A DNA stretch of 64,000 nucleotides from Raillietiella orientalis (Eukaryota). The translations under genes were made by a program, and so were the position numbers. Below are positions 25,800 through 38,520 of this stretch, one piece after another (the first letter of the stretch is position 1; each line of letters starts with the position of its first letter). The stretch lies in NCBI GenBank assembly GCA_036172245.1, contig JAYWIR010000017.1, positions 2,356,001-2,420,000 of the forward strand, read 5' to 3'. The notes under the pieces are model-generated. The model did not search any database. It saw only the letters and a list, made by a program, of their open reading frames with translations, and was not told the DNA's origin.

Positions 25800-26700
25800 T
25801 TACGAGGACACTTCAAAAGAATCCAAGATGCTCAGTAGATAGCAATCACCATTGAGATTCGAAGGCAGTGCACTACGTAAAGTCCATGATGATCAATACG
25901 GATCACATCAAGAGAACTCAGCCTCCAATATCGCAATTTGATTCTTTTCCGGCTGTTCTACTTCAAATCAACGGAGATAGAGTGTGCAGATTTTCAATGG
26001 GAGGACCTTCGCAGGATGCCAAAAGATATCTTCGTCATCACTTTATCCTCCTTCCACCGGCCGTAATTGACATCTGAAAAAGATAAAGGCTTGAAAACCT
26101 GACAACCGGTCACTGGATGGGAAGGTGGAATTCTCGATTGATAAAAAATCGCTCGGGTGCCTTCGATCAATCGGAATAAACCAGGTTCATCTTTCCTACG
26201 AACCGAATCGATTCCTCGTGATCTGTTCCGAAGAACTGATTTCCAGGCGTTTATTTCGCGCTGACCGGAAGGACCATTACTGTAACGCTTGCTGAAGATG
26301 CTTGGCATTCATGGCATCGACTTCCGTGATGAAAGCAAAGCTAAAGCTAAATGGTTGCCACCTCCCCAGGTTCAGGTACCCACGGGAGGGAGAAGTATAC
26401 GCTTGCTGATGCCCTTGCGTGCAAGAATCTGGAGCGGAAAGCCTCATTCATTCCACTGAGCGTTCCCTAAAGTACTTGCGATAATTGAAGGAAAACTGAT
26501 GCTCGTCTAATGACTGTGTTCCGTTTGTTTAGTGAAGCTCTCGAGCCTCTTGAAGAATGCCTTCGTAGGACCGTCATTCGTATCACTGAAAGCGTCCTTT
26601 ACTTTGAAGGTCTCCTGGATCATTCATCACGACAACGCGGCGTGTGCGTTGTGGAGTTGAGAGTCATTGAGATCTGAATGAACATCGCTTGAGATCCGGT
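25800..26700. mobile_element. Decayed L1-like linker and RT with an internal polarity switch
   Basis: Minus strand: DGPTKAFFKRL (~26560) and INAWKSVL (~26250). Plus strand: DSKAVHYV (~25860) and LQINGDRVCRFSMGGPSQD..HFIL (~25960-26050). Confidence 0.45.
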
Positions 26701-27157
26701 CAGAGTCAGCGTGAATTCAGAAAGATTCACTCCGATCAGCACCCGGAAAGGTTTTTTTCGGAAAAACGGGCCGCTGACTGAAAAAAAAAGAAAAAAATCG
26801 GGACTTGGTCCTCTGGTGTTGGATACTGGACAGCTGGACGCTTCGCTCTCCGTAAGATCAGGAAACTGCAAAGCGACAAGCGGGGATGGCGAAGGAAACA
26901 AGCTGGAGCATCTTTTTGATCATCTGTGCTAAAAAGAAGCAGTCCGAAATACCGAGAAACTTTTTTGAGGATTCTTGATTTCGTGGAACTTTGGCGAACG
27001 AAGTGAAAGAACGCAACTCTCGATGGCTTCCTCTCAAAGAAATAGAATAAGATTTACACAGTTGGAGAAGAATCCACATACGCTGTCCCGATGAGGAAGG
27101 GAACTACCTCGCTGGGGATGGAAGTGGGCAGAAGAGGAGGACAAGCAAGAAGGGACA

Positions 27158-28830
27158 ATAAATCAATCAATAAATAAATGGGAGATGGTGGGGAGCGGAC
27201 CCGTGGCACCGCAAGCGATCCATGGGGGCCTTCGTTGGGCAGGGAAGGGAGAGGAGCGAGTCACGATGCGTCCACTGGTGTCGGGATGAGCCCCCTGCCG
27301 CCACACATTCCCGATCGGGCCGCCTCACTGCCCTCCATTTCGGCTGCCCGGCACCCCTCGTGGCGGGGAATCGCCAGCGAGGAGGCGGTTGGCGACCATG
27401 GACATGCTGGCACATCCGCTCGAGCGGATCCTCTGGGTCAGCAGCATCGGGGAGCTCGGGTGCCCACGGGATGCTCCAGCCTTCCGCATTCCGAAAGCGC
27501 GTGCGGGCAGGGTTCCCAACACATCCTGCAGCGAGTGCACGCCCCCCCCGAGGCGTCGTAGCGACCACTCCCAGTTTCGGGGGAGCACAAGGTGCATCCC
27601 GCTATCAGGATGGCAGTCCGATGGTGACAGAGGAACAGGAGTGAGACCGGGATGTGGAAGCTTCGACGGGAAGCGCCGGGAAACTCCATCCATCTTCGCG
27701 GGTATCCCGACCATGGTCCTTGGGCAGGGCTCCGTTCTCCAGCCGAGACGCTTCCCGCCGAGAGATGATGGGCTTGGCGATTCTCGTGCGGACCAGGTGG
27801 TCGTGCTGTTTCCATGACGAGGCCACCGTTTTGAAACGACGGTTTGCGGGAAGCTCCGAGCGCAGGAGCCATAATGACCTCTGTCCACCGCTCAAGCTAT
27901 TGCTCCGTCCGTCGTCCAGCAGGCCTTTCCCCACAACCGTAAAGCCGCCTCCTCCCTCGTCGCCTCCGCAGCTTGCCGAGCAATCACGTGACCCGTATCC
28001 AAGAGCCGAATCCAGAGTCTCGTAGAGGTCTGATGGCGCGCGGTTTCGCCTGGTCTCCTGCCCCCCTTTCTGGTGTACCAGCAGGTCCCCAGCATCCCTC
28101 GAGGAGAAAGAGGTCCTCGAGCAGAAGGCTATTCCTCCCAGCTGGGCTTCTCAGCCTGAGGTCAGAACCAACCCATGACCTTCTGTTAGAAGGTCATGGG
28201 TTGGGTCTTCAGATTCAGTTTCGAATGTCGACTCACAAATCAACACCCCAAGAGATGCATCTTCCTGTTCGTGACGGTGAAGAAAGGCGGACTGGGAGTA
28301 CCACCCTCTAAGGAGATCTGCAAGGTAGGCTTGAAGAACTGTGACCGTGAATGGTGGATCACAGATGGAACACGCGGTCTGGTTGGAGATGTGATGACCG
28401 AGGTTTCCTCTGCGAGCGGATCCGCCGATTTCCTCAAACAGCGCAGGAGGCTCGAATGCCTGACCCGAACCTTGAAAAAGAAACGAAGATGAGGCTTTCG
28501 ACATGGAGCTATCGGAAGCGAAATGGCTGCCATCCATTCGATGGACCTGATGAGGAAGCACAGACTATTGCACAGATCGGAAGCATCGATACCCTGAGAT
28601 TGCAAGATCGCGGACCACACTTGGTGTTGGAAGAGACATCCAGGTCGAAGACCGAGGGTGAGCGGTGAGTTCAGCGGATCGATAACGGTCCTCAGGGACT
28701 CCTGGTAGGAAACCTTGGTGATCTTCAAAGAATACAGACTCCAGAATAGAATTCGCGGATTCCTTGAATACAAGATGAATTCCGGTAGTGCAGAGGAGCT
28801 TCCGAAACTGGAATGTACCAACCATTTCCA
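27158..28830 (-). mobile_element. L1/Tx1-like 3' fragment with an inverted 5' part
   Basis: Minus strand: zinc knuckle CTRCRMCWEPCPHALSEC (CX2CX7-8HX4C type) and a 3' end in ATTTATTTATTGATTGATTTATT. Plus strand from 28188: KVMGWVFRF...FLFVTVKKGGLGVP (thumb). Confidence 0.7.
28168..28204. repeat. Perfect inverted repeat (17-bp stem, 3-nt loop)
   Basis: CCAACCCATGACCTTCT-gtt-AGAAGGTCATGGGTTGG. Confidence 0.95.
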
Positions 28831-29949
28831 TTTCATTTTAGACACAACGATATGATCTTTCCTTATTCGGAAGCTTAAAGAGATGCCCTTTCGGAGAAGG
28901 ATGAACAGTCCTTTGTACTATTGAACGTACAGTAGGCACATTCCGCGTTATACGAGAATTCTATGAGTTAAGCATGGATGGAGTGTTTAAAGAAAATGTG
29001 AAATTATCCCAAATGCTGCAACAGTAGAATATTCACTTCTCTCTGGAAGAAAAAGAAAAAATGAAAAGCGCTTATTATTCCAAACAACAACAACCCTTAA
29101 GCGTATTCTTGACATTTAATCAATTGATGCAGTTCTATAGTTCTATAGTTGATGGATGTATCTCCTTGAGCCATTTGGCACACCATGATTTGAATGGAAC
29201 AGGATTCGACCTACCGGAACCTTGTGTTCCTGTTCTTCCTGGAACTTCGTCTGAGCGGACACGGTACCACAAAATGAGGATCGACGAGCGTTGCCGGGCT
29301 GGTTTACGCCGTCATGCGAGGAAGATTGCCTTGGCATCCCCGTCGCGTGACACGAATGGTGCGTCACACGCGGGGCATCTCGCTTTTGTTTGCAAACTCG
29401 CAGAAGAAAGTCAGATAATCAGGGAAGAAGCCATGAATCTCTGGATACTTGCGCGTTTTCATTTTTTTCCCCCATTTCCTTGTCAACTGACACAGCTGCA
29501 ACGGACAGCGATTTTCTCCTGTAAAACATCTTGGTTTTCTCCGATGGCTAAGGAGATATGCGGCTTGAGAGTTTTTCTGCTGCAGCATGCGAGTTCTCTC
29601 TGGAGGCTGCAGCACACTCGAGAGGGAGCGGAATGAAAGTCATAAACACATTTCAGTTCTGCTTATCTCTTGAAAGCACTCTTTGGTTCCAAACCAAAGA
29701 GTGCTTTTGTTTGAAATGTCCAGCATCAGCTTCTCAGTTGACACAGAACAAGCGACTGCCAAACGTTTGTTTCCGATGCAATGCAAACAGCAGGGAAAAG
29801 CAGTTCTAACCGTAGGTCCACTTTTTTCACATTTCCTTTTTTTTTTTTTTTTTTTTTTTAACACCTTGGCGTTAATCTAGCGCTTAAAAAGAACTCGGAT
29901 CCTCTGTTTTTAGAACCATTAGTTTCAGCGTGGTTTGGAAACCACCTCT

Positions 29950-30750
29950 CCAAAATGCATTCAAATTTAAAGGTTCGTTGTCTTCAGGGGGAGACTTTCG
30001 GGGTACCTTCAAAAGCGTCATTTCCTCTTTGCTGGATGAATTATTGAAGACAAGGAATAAATAAACGAAGCCATTTATTTATTCATCTTTCCAACGTGGA
30101 CCTCAGTGGCTTCGAGCTCATCAAGAGCATTTTGGGAAAACTCACCTGCCGAACAAACCCTAAAGTATTCAAGTGACTTCGTACCCTGTTCATCAAACGG
30201 TCTATCGTAAATGAAGAGCAGATCCTCGCAAAGATGGAAGAATCGTCTTCAAATGAGATTCAAGGGTGTTCTCAAAGTAGCTTCGTTTATCTCCAAAATG
30301 CCACCGGGGCGCCTCCTTTTCAAATAGCTGGGCAGATGAAGAAATTGATTCTGCTCCAGGTGGAGCATATGATGTACCTTGAAAATATATTTCAGACGAT
30401 ATCCGCTTCATTGTACATTCATGGTAAATTCAATGCAATTGTATGCATTATGAAGATCCAAGAAGCCAAATTAAAATTGAGAAATAAAAATTCCGCTGAT
30501 TTTCCAGAAAACACGATCTTGCTGCTTGTTCTAATCTAAGAGGTGGATGCCCAGAGACAAGGAAACAAGACGCAGGTATACAACTTTCGCTCGTCTATAG
30601 CTTCAAATGGGAAAAGGACAGCAACAGGAGGGTTGCTTCACCTGAAACGGCGTCTCCAGATCATTGCAGACTTGGGAGAAAATTTGAAAGCCGTCTTATG
30701 AAAGTCGGCGATAAACACGCATCGAAACAAACTCCCGGTCGGTTTCATTA
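29950..30750 (+). mobile_element. Decayed Ty3/Gypsy RT relic
   Basis: Collinear LLDELLKT, ILGKL..KVF, FVYLQNATGAPPFQ..MKKL (PFGL.NA..FQ..M), KIQEAKLKLRNK and FKW...LKRRL. Confidence 0.55.
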
Positions 30751-31639
30751 ACCGAGATTTGAACCCAGTCCAGAATGACTCGCTAAAACGAACCGTTTTG
30801 TTTTAGCCGTTAGGACAAACATCCTTTCAAGCTGCCTGGGAGACTGAGGATAGAAATCTCTACATTTCCTATTTATGTGTGTAGCATCGGATGCAATGTT
30901 ATTGGAATGAACCTCAAATTTAGAAGACTCCAGTGCATTATGGCCGCATTCTTGTAGCAGGCACCAGTAGTTCATGAACACAATTTGTGATTTGGTTCCT
31001 GAGAGTACGCGCTGACTGAATTTCATGATGCCTAATTAGCTCCAAAGTGTTTCCCCGCAACTCGAAACAGTTAGCAGGAGCATCACAGCTCTTTTGAGGG
31101 ATAGGAAGGAAAAAGTACACTAGCTCCTGTAAGAGCGGTGCAGCCAGTGCCTGCAGGCCAAAACAGTGTCATGGAGCACGCAACAGCGGCAGATGTAAAG
31201 ATTTTCAAAAACATTCATCCGGGTTTTGTTTTTGTTTTTGTTTTGCAACAAATCAGAGTTTATTGCGAGATACAATAAAAACATCAAGAGATATAAGAAT
31301 ACCGATAAATAAGCACATTTGGAATACGACCAAAACTTGCTTTTTTCACAGAAGTCTTTTTCTACAAAATAAATTAATTTGCTTCGAACGTGAGCATTCC
31401 CTCTGTAAGCATCAATAATAGTTTTCTTTGGACCATTACAAGTTCGAGGGTCACTTTGAAGGACTCTGAGATACATTTTCAAAAAGGTCATCCTTCCACA
31501 CACTGTGAACTGTTCTATTACATCCATAAAAGAGAAAACTGTCCTCGAAATGCGTTGCTCTTCAGTTCACATTTCGAAAGAATAGAATCGCGATGATTCC
31601 ATTTTTCTAAATGTAAATTCTATCCGCTCATCTTTCTAA

Positions 31640-32230
31640 AACTGACCTTCGGTTTGAATGGCTGAAGAAGGTCCAGGTGCAAAACCAAGGCGATCGAAAG
31701 ATCGAGAACCAACTAACCAAACTCGATTCAATCTGGTTAGAAACCGATGCGGAAACCACCAGGCGCTCTCTTCAGCTGACTACCCAACGAATGATGACAG
31801 AACAAGATCTGGTGCGCAAACTCGTCGGGAGGATCCGTTCACGGATCCAGGAGGGAAACTCCAGAGCACTCAGGAAGCTGGAAGTTCAGGAGGTGAAGCA
31901 GTCAGGTGAGAGCCCAAGCAAGCTGAAGACAGCGCATGAGTCGGTCCGGACCACAGCTCCCGGAAACTCCATTGTGAGCTTCACGCAAGGGTAGACGGCA
32001 TTTTCTCGGAGTGGAACATTCTCGAAAACCAAATGAAAACAATTCCATTCAAACTGGGAAGTCGCCGTTAGTGATCCAGAGTTACGAGAGATTTCGAACG
32101 CGGACGCTGAAAAGTTTCGACGTTGCCTGGGCCCGTCCACTTTCCACTTGGATCCTCGAAAACACGAAATGGACCTCGAATTCTTTTCTCTGGAAGATGA
32201 GAAAAGAAGATGAGGAAACCTGAAGGAGTC
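31640..32230 (+). mobile_element. Decayed L1-like ORF2 linker
   Basis: ORF 31677-31994 has a helical segment followed by KQSGESPSKL..SVR...NSIVSF..G (W..Ge.psk.f..), then KQFHSNW. Confidence 0.5.
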
Positions 32231-33364
32231 TGTGAATGGAGGGGAAAGAAAGCCAAATCTTTCGTGCACACGCTGATGTTCAAATATAAGCATCGGCGAA
32301 ATTTCCTCTCGAGATGAGCGCGTTCATCTGAGCAGCTACGGATGCTCGCTGTCGATGCATCCTCAGAAGAAACAGCTTCTCCGAATTGCACCACTTGCGA
32401 GTGACTAAACTGCAGAGAGAGAGTGATGGACTAATAAAGCAGCACTAGCATTCGGAAGGGTCAAAGATGTTCGGAGAAGCGACAGTCGGCTCACCTGCGA
32501 ACAAGACGAATGAAGAGAAGTCCTATGAGCTGAAATAGCACTTTGTGTAGAGTATCAGCGTCTTCAGAAATAGTTGCTTCACGTACACAGTACATGGTGA
32601 CTCATGGCGCACCGTTGCGTAATCATTTCATTACTTGATGAAAGGGAAGACTGATTTCATCCTTAATGATTATGCCTTGAAGAAATTAACTTGAAGAGAA
32701 GGTCATCTTTTTTTTCCCATCTTTTATGCTGAGCATCTCTAATAAAGTTGAAGTAAATCCTTGATCTCCTTTGCTGCCTGTACAAAAAGGTGATATCAAA
32801 TTTGTTTCGGTTGACTCCACGAGCTTTTCGAAACACACATCATCACAATGAAGAATCGCAAACATTGCAGTAAAAATTATCCTTGTGAACACAAGAAAAA
32901 TAATTTGGTTCGATTTATTAGAGAGGACTTTGCTACAATTAAATCACTGGAGTCTGCGCTCTTCAGCAGAGGAACAACACCTCTTCGGAAGTCATCATAT
33001 CGTGAGAAAAATTTATGCGAACGCAACGTGGGAAAATCTAAGTTGTTTGCAACCAAGTCAAATTGTTTTGTTTTGATTATCCTTTCTTTAATGCTTTCCT
33101 AGCATAAAGTTATGGTAGGAAGCTTTTTATGCCCACAAAGCTGGAGGAGGAGGCAAACTTCTGCAGCCGTATGATTTGTTCGCTTGGCCGACAGCGCATT
33201 TTTTTTTTTTCCTCCTTCACCTTTTGCCTGAGCATTTTACCATGCCACGCACAGAGTCGTACAATCATCGGTAGCTTGAAATGTATTCTATGTGTACGAC
33301 GAAATTTTCATTCCAACGACAGCCAACCGCTTCGTGAAAGGAGCGTGTTCATCCTCAAGCCGCG

Positions 33365-33488
33365 ATCTCTCGTTGTACCAATTACTTTATTCAAGTTCGG
33401 AGGATCATCTCTCGTGTACCAATTACTTTATTCAAGTTCGGAGGATCATATTTCGTGTACCAATTACTTTATGCAAGTTCGGGAGATC
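33365..33488. repeat. Tandem repeat, 41-bp unit x3
   Basis: GTACCAATTACTTTAT(T/G)CAAGTTCGG starts at 33375, 33416 and 33457, giving a period of 41. Confidence 0.95.
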
Positions 33489-33949
33489 GAGTAATGGTGG
33501 TTCGAAATAGGTGCATGCGATCGACTCCGCGCAGGATGCCCGTTGTTCCCGTTTTAAGGAAACAGAAGTTTCTCAGTTGAGGATCCGATGGGAAATTTCG
33601 AATTTCGCAATGGCACCTCTCAGATTACAGTGGCGGTTTGAGAACTTTGCCAAATGTGCGACGAAATAAATAATGGTTGCACTTTTGCGGTTCATCTTTC
33701 AGCTTCAGAGAGGGCGGAAATTTTTCAAAAGGGAAATCGAGGCGTTTCCCTAGAAAAAAAGAACGATAGCTTGGCCTTTTACTTAAAACAGCAAACTATG
33801 AAGAGCCACGTTTGGTTTCACTAATGAGCTGCCGTACCTGTACTGGATTTCATGAGCGGCGCACATTCGCATATTTGGAGTAGAAGTAGGCGAGCGGTGC
33901 CACTTCTAACAAATTGATCTTAGCCAAAAGGCCTTCTAACAAATTGAAT

Positions 33950-34620
33950 GGGATCAACACTGAGCAGTTGCTCTGACACGCGCCATCGGAATCTTGAAGG
34001 TGTATTCGCGCTCATGAGCAAAACTGCGCACAATGAGCTCAAGAGAAGTATGCCAGCAAGCAGCCGTATGAATTGAAGCAAAACATGCAAAGTTATGCCT
34101 CTGGCTTGGTTTTGCCCAGGTTCGCAGCTGAACTGCGCACTCGCCTCCTTCCATAGTTTCATGCATTGCAAATTGCAAGGATGTAGCGAATAGCGTGCTT
34201 TTGAAAGGAAATGGGTTGATGGAGGCTCGAAGTTGACACGTAGATGGTGCGAATGGTGCGAATCGTGCCTGAACATGTAGGGTTTCTCTGGGAGGGACAA
34301 CCGCTTGCTAATAATCATTCCACCAATCTCGAATAAAGTCTTCGAAAGGGAAGAGAAGGAGGGGAATAAAGAAGGGCTTCTACTGAGTCAAAATGCAGAG
34401 TGGGCCACTTAAAAGCGGCCCATCTCAAGCCCGAATGAGCTTGCCACTTCAACAGGACTCTGAAACAAGCAGATCTCACTCAGCAGAAACTTTAGCTGCC
34501 CTTGCAGGATGATCAAGTTCTATTAAATAACGTACAGCAGGGCGTGCAGCAAAATACGGAGCTCATGAGCAAAGATTTAGAGGACCTGACAGCAAAGGCA
34601 TCAGCTTTCAAAGCATAGTC
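33950..34620 (-). mobile_element. Decayed L1-like RT end and thumb fragment
   Basis: YALKADAF followed by SKRLSLPEK and VQLRTWAKPSQR. Weak match. Confidence 0.35.
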
Positions 34621-35699
34621 TTAAAAACACATGCTCTGCTTCCCCATGTGTAAGCATGGAGTCCATATACAAGCATGAATTTCGGAAACTACACACTAAA
34701 AGGACTTTTCCATAGTTTTCCAATCTGTATTCGGAAGGTATGTGATTACTTTAATCATGGATTTTAGCTGCTCAGTTGGATTGATTTGTATTAAAGCTTG
34801 TGAGGTGGATACCTAGATTCTGTACGTATACCTGGATTCTTACCACGAAAAGTAGGGAGCTGAAGGCAAGGAACAAGGAAAAAAGTTTAGTGCTCACTTT
34901 CGGGATGATTTCATTTGGCTTACTTCACACGTGTTCGCCCGAACGAGATGCTGCATTTCAAATTCGGATTACTCGAATCCCAATTTTTATTTACCCTTTC
35001 GGAGTTTATTAGCACCTTCTCGTGAAACTCTCACTCTCCACCAATCGTGTGAAGTTTACCGATCGTCGAACATGGCAGTGCCCCATCGGACTTCCGACAC
35101 ATGAAGTGGCTGAAACACGCAAGAAGATCAGCTCGAAGTCAAGTTGCCCAGAAGTCTCCACACGAAAATCATCAAGGAAAAGGACTATTCCAATCGCGGA
35201 AGAAGTCGCTCCTTGGCAACGCGCAATCTAAGGAGTGCACCATTTCGATTAGCGTATATACTCGAAGTGACATCTAACTTTCCTGCCTTTTGATTACTGG
35301 ATGTTGGTCACATGTAAACGGCTTAAATTCGTGGGTGTGTAGGACCATCATGTCAGCGATTTTTTTTTTAAAAAAGAAGCAAAACTGCGAAGAAATAAAT
35401 CAGTATTTAAGAGCATCTTCAGGACCGATACTGCCTTAAAGGGAGCATTCTGGACAAGAACGGCAGAAATATCAGAACCAGAGCTTTCCAGCACAGTGTT
35501 AAAAGAGTTACATGCTCGCTGAGTGAGAAAGGGGGATCTCTGGAATCACAGAAGATTGTAGCTGCTAGATTTCTTTCAACCCTCCAAATGGAACAGCTAA
35601 TTCACTTGACTTCTTTCTTTCCAGCCAGCAATTTTCCCAGATTAACTTGTTAGTTTCACTCTGTGTGTTTCCTCCTCAACGACTTTTCTTAGCAGATTC

Positions 35700-37000
35700 T
35701 TCGTTTACATGATGCACTCCTACATCGGGCGTGCTATATCCTTCAAACACCAGGATTAAGCGATTGCCTTTCAAGAACATTCAATGCCATTCTTAGATGC
35801 AAAGCTTTGGAATCGGATTCGTTTCAGCATGTAACCATTCCATCTTTAGCAGCTTGTCATCCTCCGCTAACTTCGCATCATGCTCTGAATCCGAAAGCTT
35901 TCAAAAGTAGCACGGGGTGGCAGAAATCGCTGGCATATTACCATGACAACAATAACTTTGCCAGCTTCTTGGGCAAGTGGTTTTCAGGAGCGCAGTAGTC
36001 TTGGACCACCCTGCATTTTGCGTCTGAAACATTTTCTCCTGTGCCCACACGATACCATCTTGGTAACTGCACTCGAGCTGACTAGACTCAAGTGTTTGCG
36101 TGAAAAGAAGCAATCCTGGATGCCTTATGGAAGCTGCGACGTTCTTTGTAGACGCGCCGAATTTCTTCAGGAATTCGTTGGAAAACTGGCGTGTGTTCTG
36201 AGAAGGTTGTTCTTCCCAGCTTGAGGAACTGGTCAAGTATTGGATGCCGTGTTCTGACGTGCGAGAATATCGCACTGCTGCATGCTGCGTAAGAATGAAA
36301 ATACAGCCTTTTTGTGAAGCTGCTCTTTCCGAGAAGATCAGCTGTTATCTCCATTACCCGGGAAATATAGAGCTATTTGCAAACATGGAGCTCCAGAAAC
36401 CGGGATGCCCATGATAGGCACTTGATCTTCTTGAAGGGTGTCGTGCTGAGTCCTGCTTTCCCAAGGATTACATTCCTTCCTCCAAGTGATAACGAGCAAC
36501 ATAATTATTCAATAATCCAAGGGGAATCCGGACACTTAACGCAGATTTTCCAACTAACCACACTCCTCATTTACTTATTCATCTTTCCGGATGTATTCCC
36601 TTCCTTGTGTTTCCCAGGAGTGTTTTCTTCGGTCGCATTCCTTTTGGGGAGCAGCCATTAGCCTGCTGAGAATGAGTTACATCTTGAAATCAAATCCAAA
36701 AGCAGTGTTTTTCTGTGTTTTCTCTCTTCCTTTGTCATTCGTAGCCGCAGAGAGAACAGGGCTTTACTCTGCATCACTCCCCTCATGGTCATGATTCCCT
36801 CATACTGGTTTGCAGGCCCCCTGAAATCTTGGAGCACGCTTCTTCCGGACGCGCAATGGAACTTCTTTTTGTTTTTCTCTGGACAACGAAGTATTTTTTG
36901 CAGGAGCACGCGAGAATCGGCAGAAACTCCATGCTGATCACTCATGCTGAGGATCAGTCCTAACAAGGCGTGCAGTTTGCAAATCTGGCATTTCAAAACC
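35700..37000 (-). mobile_element. Decayed L1-like RT and thumb
   Basis: TMRGVMQSKALFSL (RGVrQG.pLSp), then CFRRKMQGGPRL and KLAKL downstream. Confidence 0.55.
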
Positions 37001-37449
37001 TGCCGAAGGTACCAATCTTACGTTGCACACCAACGCTGCGCGAGAGAATGGGATGCCCAGATGACAACGGAAAAATAAAGTCAGCCAACAATGGGCGACC
37101 CCGGTCACAGTGGAAAAATCTTCGGCTCGGCGCATCATTAATCAGCGCGAAGTAGATGTCAATCGGAACTGCATAATTGCAAATGATCATTATGGCAAAT
37201 CTTCCGAATTAAATTCCATAACCTTTCTGACTGCGCAGATATCTATCAAAGACCTGATCGTTCTGCCAAGATCTTGTTCTCAAAAAGGTGCTTGTGCAGC
37301 TGTGGATCTGAGAATCCATCATGTTGGTCAACGCTGATATAAAACGTTGTCCAAGTTTCAACCGATCAATCCTGTTGGCAAATCTACCTATTAATTAATC
37401 TCTTTCAAGACTGGCCTCTTCCAAAACCACGGGAAAGTGCTGCTCGTTT

Positions 37450-38520
37450 CACTTTTCCCCCCAGCGTTTGTGACACTGTTCGAGACCGAATTGTATTTGA
37501 CGGCCCATAGAGCTGTGTGCTTCAACGGCATCACAAAAGAGAGAAAAAAAAAATCCTTTTCCAGAAATGAAATTCAACCAATTTTTCAGAATTACTGAGA
37601 TGACATGTGGAGTCAATTGTATCAGGAACACGGAATTTATGAACGACGCACTCGGAAAACACAGAACGGGGTTGGCAGCAGGTCCACTTTGGCGATACTT
37701 CGCTTGCAGCTCTGGAGTCCATAGTTGGCAATCTCTGTGGTCCATAAATCTTCATATAGTGATTCAGATGAAAGACAGCGGAAAGCAAGTTTCTCGGAAA
37801 ATATCGCCCGTTTAGCGCTTGAAACTGCATCCACTGGACAAAGATGTTTTCATTTGGAAAAGGCGTGTTCCTTTCGACGTAGCAACCTTGATTCGAACAG
37901 GTGAAACTTCAGAAAGGAACCCTCACGAATTTTGGACAGAAGAAGCCCTGATCGCATACTCCTGGTCCATGGGATTCAGATTCTCCTAGTTCGAAATGAT
38001 GCCGCTGGAAAAAAAAAGTACATGCATTTCCGGCAGTTCCTGTGAATTTCTTACGTTTCCATAGTTATCTCTTGTTGTTTAGTTAGGAAAGATCGAAGGC
38101 AGCATTTATCTGTTAAATTTACCGTTTCTTGGGAAGGATGCTGATTGTGATTCTGCACCTGAGGCAAGCTCAAAAAAGTGGTTGCAGCCCGCTGAATTGG
38201 TTTTTCTACAATACTGGAAAATCAGAGTTCCATGAAAAGTGAGTTTGGCTGAGCTGGTTAAGCTGAAAGCCGAGTTTCAAGATTGCATGCGGAAAGAACG
38301 CTTTTTGCCCAAAACCAAGTCGTGTTTGATCCACACCTGAAGGCCTAGGGAACACGGTGAACTTTCGCAGTTGCATCCCACGAGGAAAACAGCTAACGGG
38401 ATTGCGAGTTGACCCGAGTCACAGGATAAAAGAAAGGAACGTTCCTCTGAACTGCAATGCCACTGGAAGGAGATGAAGATGGTTTCTTTATATATTTAGC
38501 GGTTACTCAATGCCTCACCA
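37450..38520. mobile_element. Decayed Ty3/Gypsy pol relic, pieces on both strands
   Basis: Plus strand 38220-38520: P*KVSLAELVKLKAEFQDCMRKERFLP (PYRmS.aEL.eLK...) and IFSGYS (dL.SGY.q). Minus strand 37450-38000: LWTPELQAKY...ANPVLCFP (WT.e.q.aF...aPVL..P). Confidence 0.45.

Noticed and set aside
28196..28760. R2/NeSL-type (RLE) retrotransposon from KKGGLGVP
   Set aside because: The motif is also typical of the L1/Tx1 thumb, the neighbouring zinc knuckle is L1-like, and no PD..D endonuclease motif was seen.
30748..31120. Inverted Gypsy RNase H block (NIASDAT)
   Set aside because: The plus-strand relic already covers the connection region, and the motif match is too weak.
32600..33100. hAT transposase relic (NTRKIIWFDLLER)
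   Set aside because: A single loose motif with no supporting CxxH or ER.FS motif.
33365..33488. CRISPR array
   Set aside because: Contiguous 41-bp units without unique spacers, no cas genes, and a eukaryotic context.
33903..33947. 15-bp direct repeat CTTCTAACAAATTGA as a TSD
   Set aside because: Only ~15 nt separate the copies. A small local duplication with no element inside.
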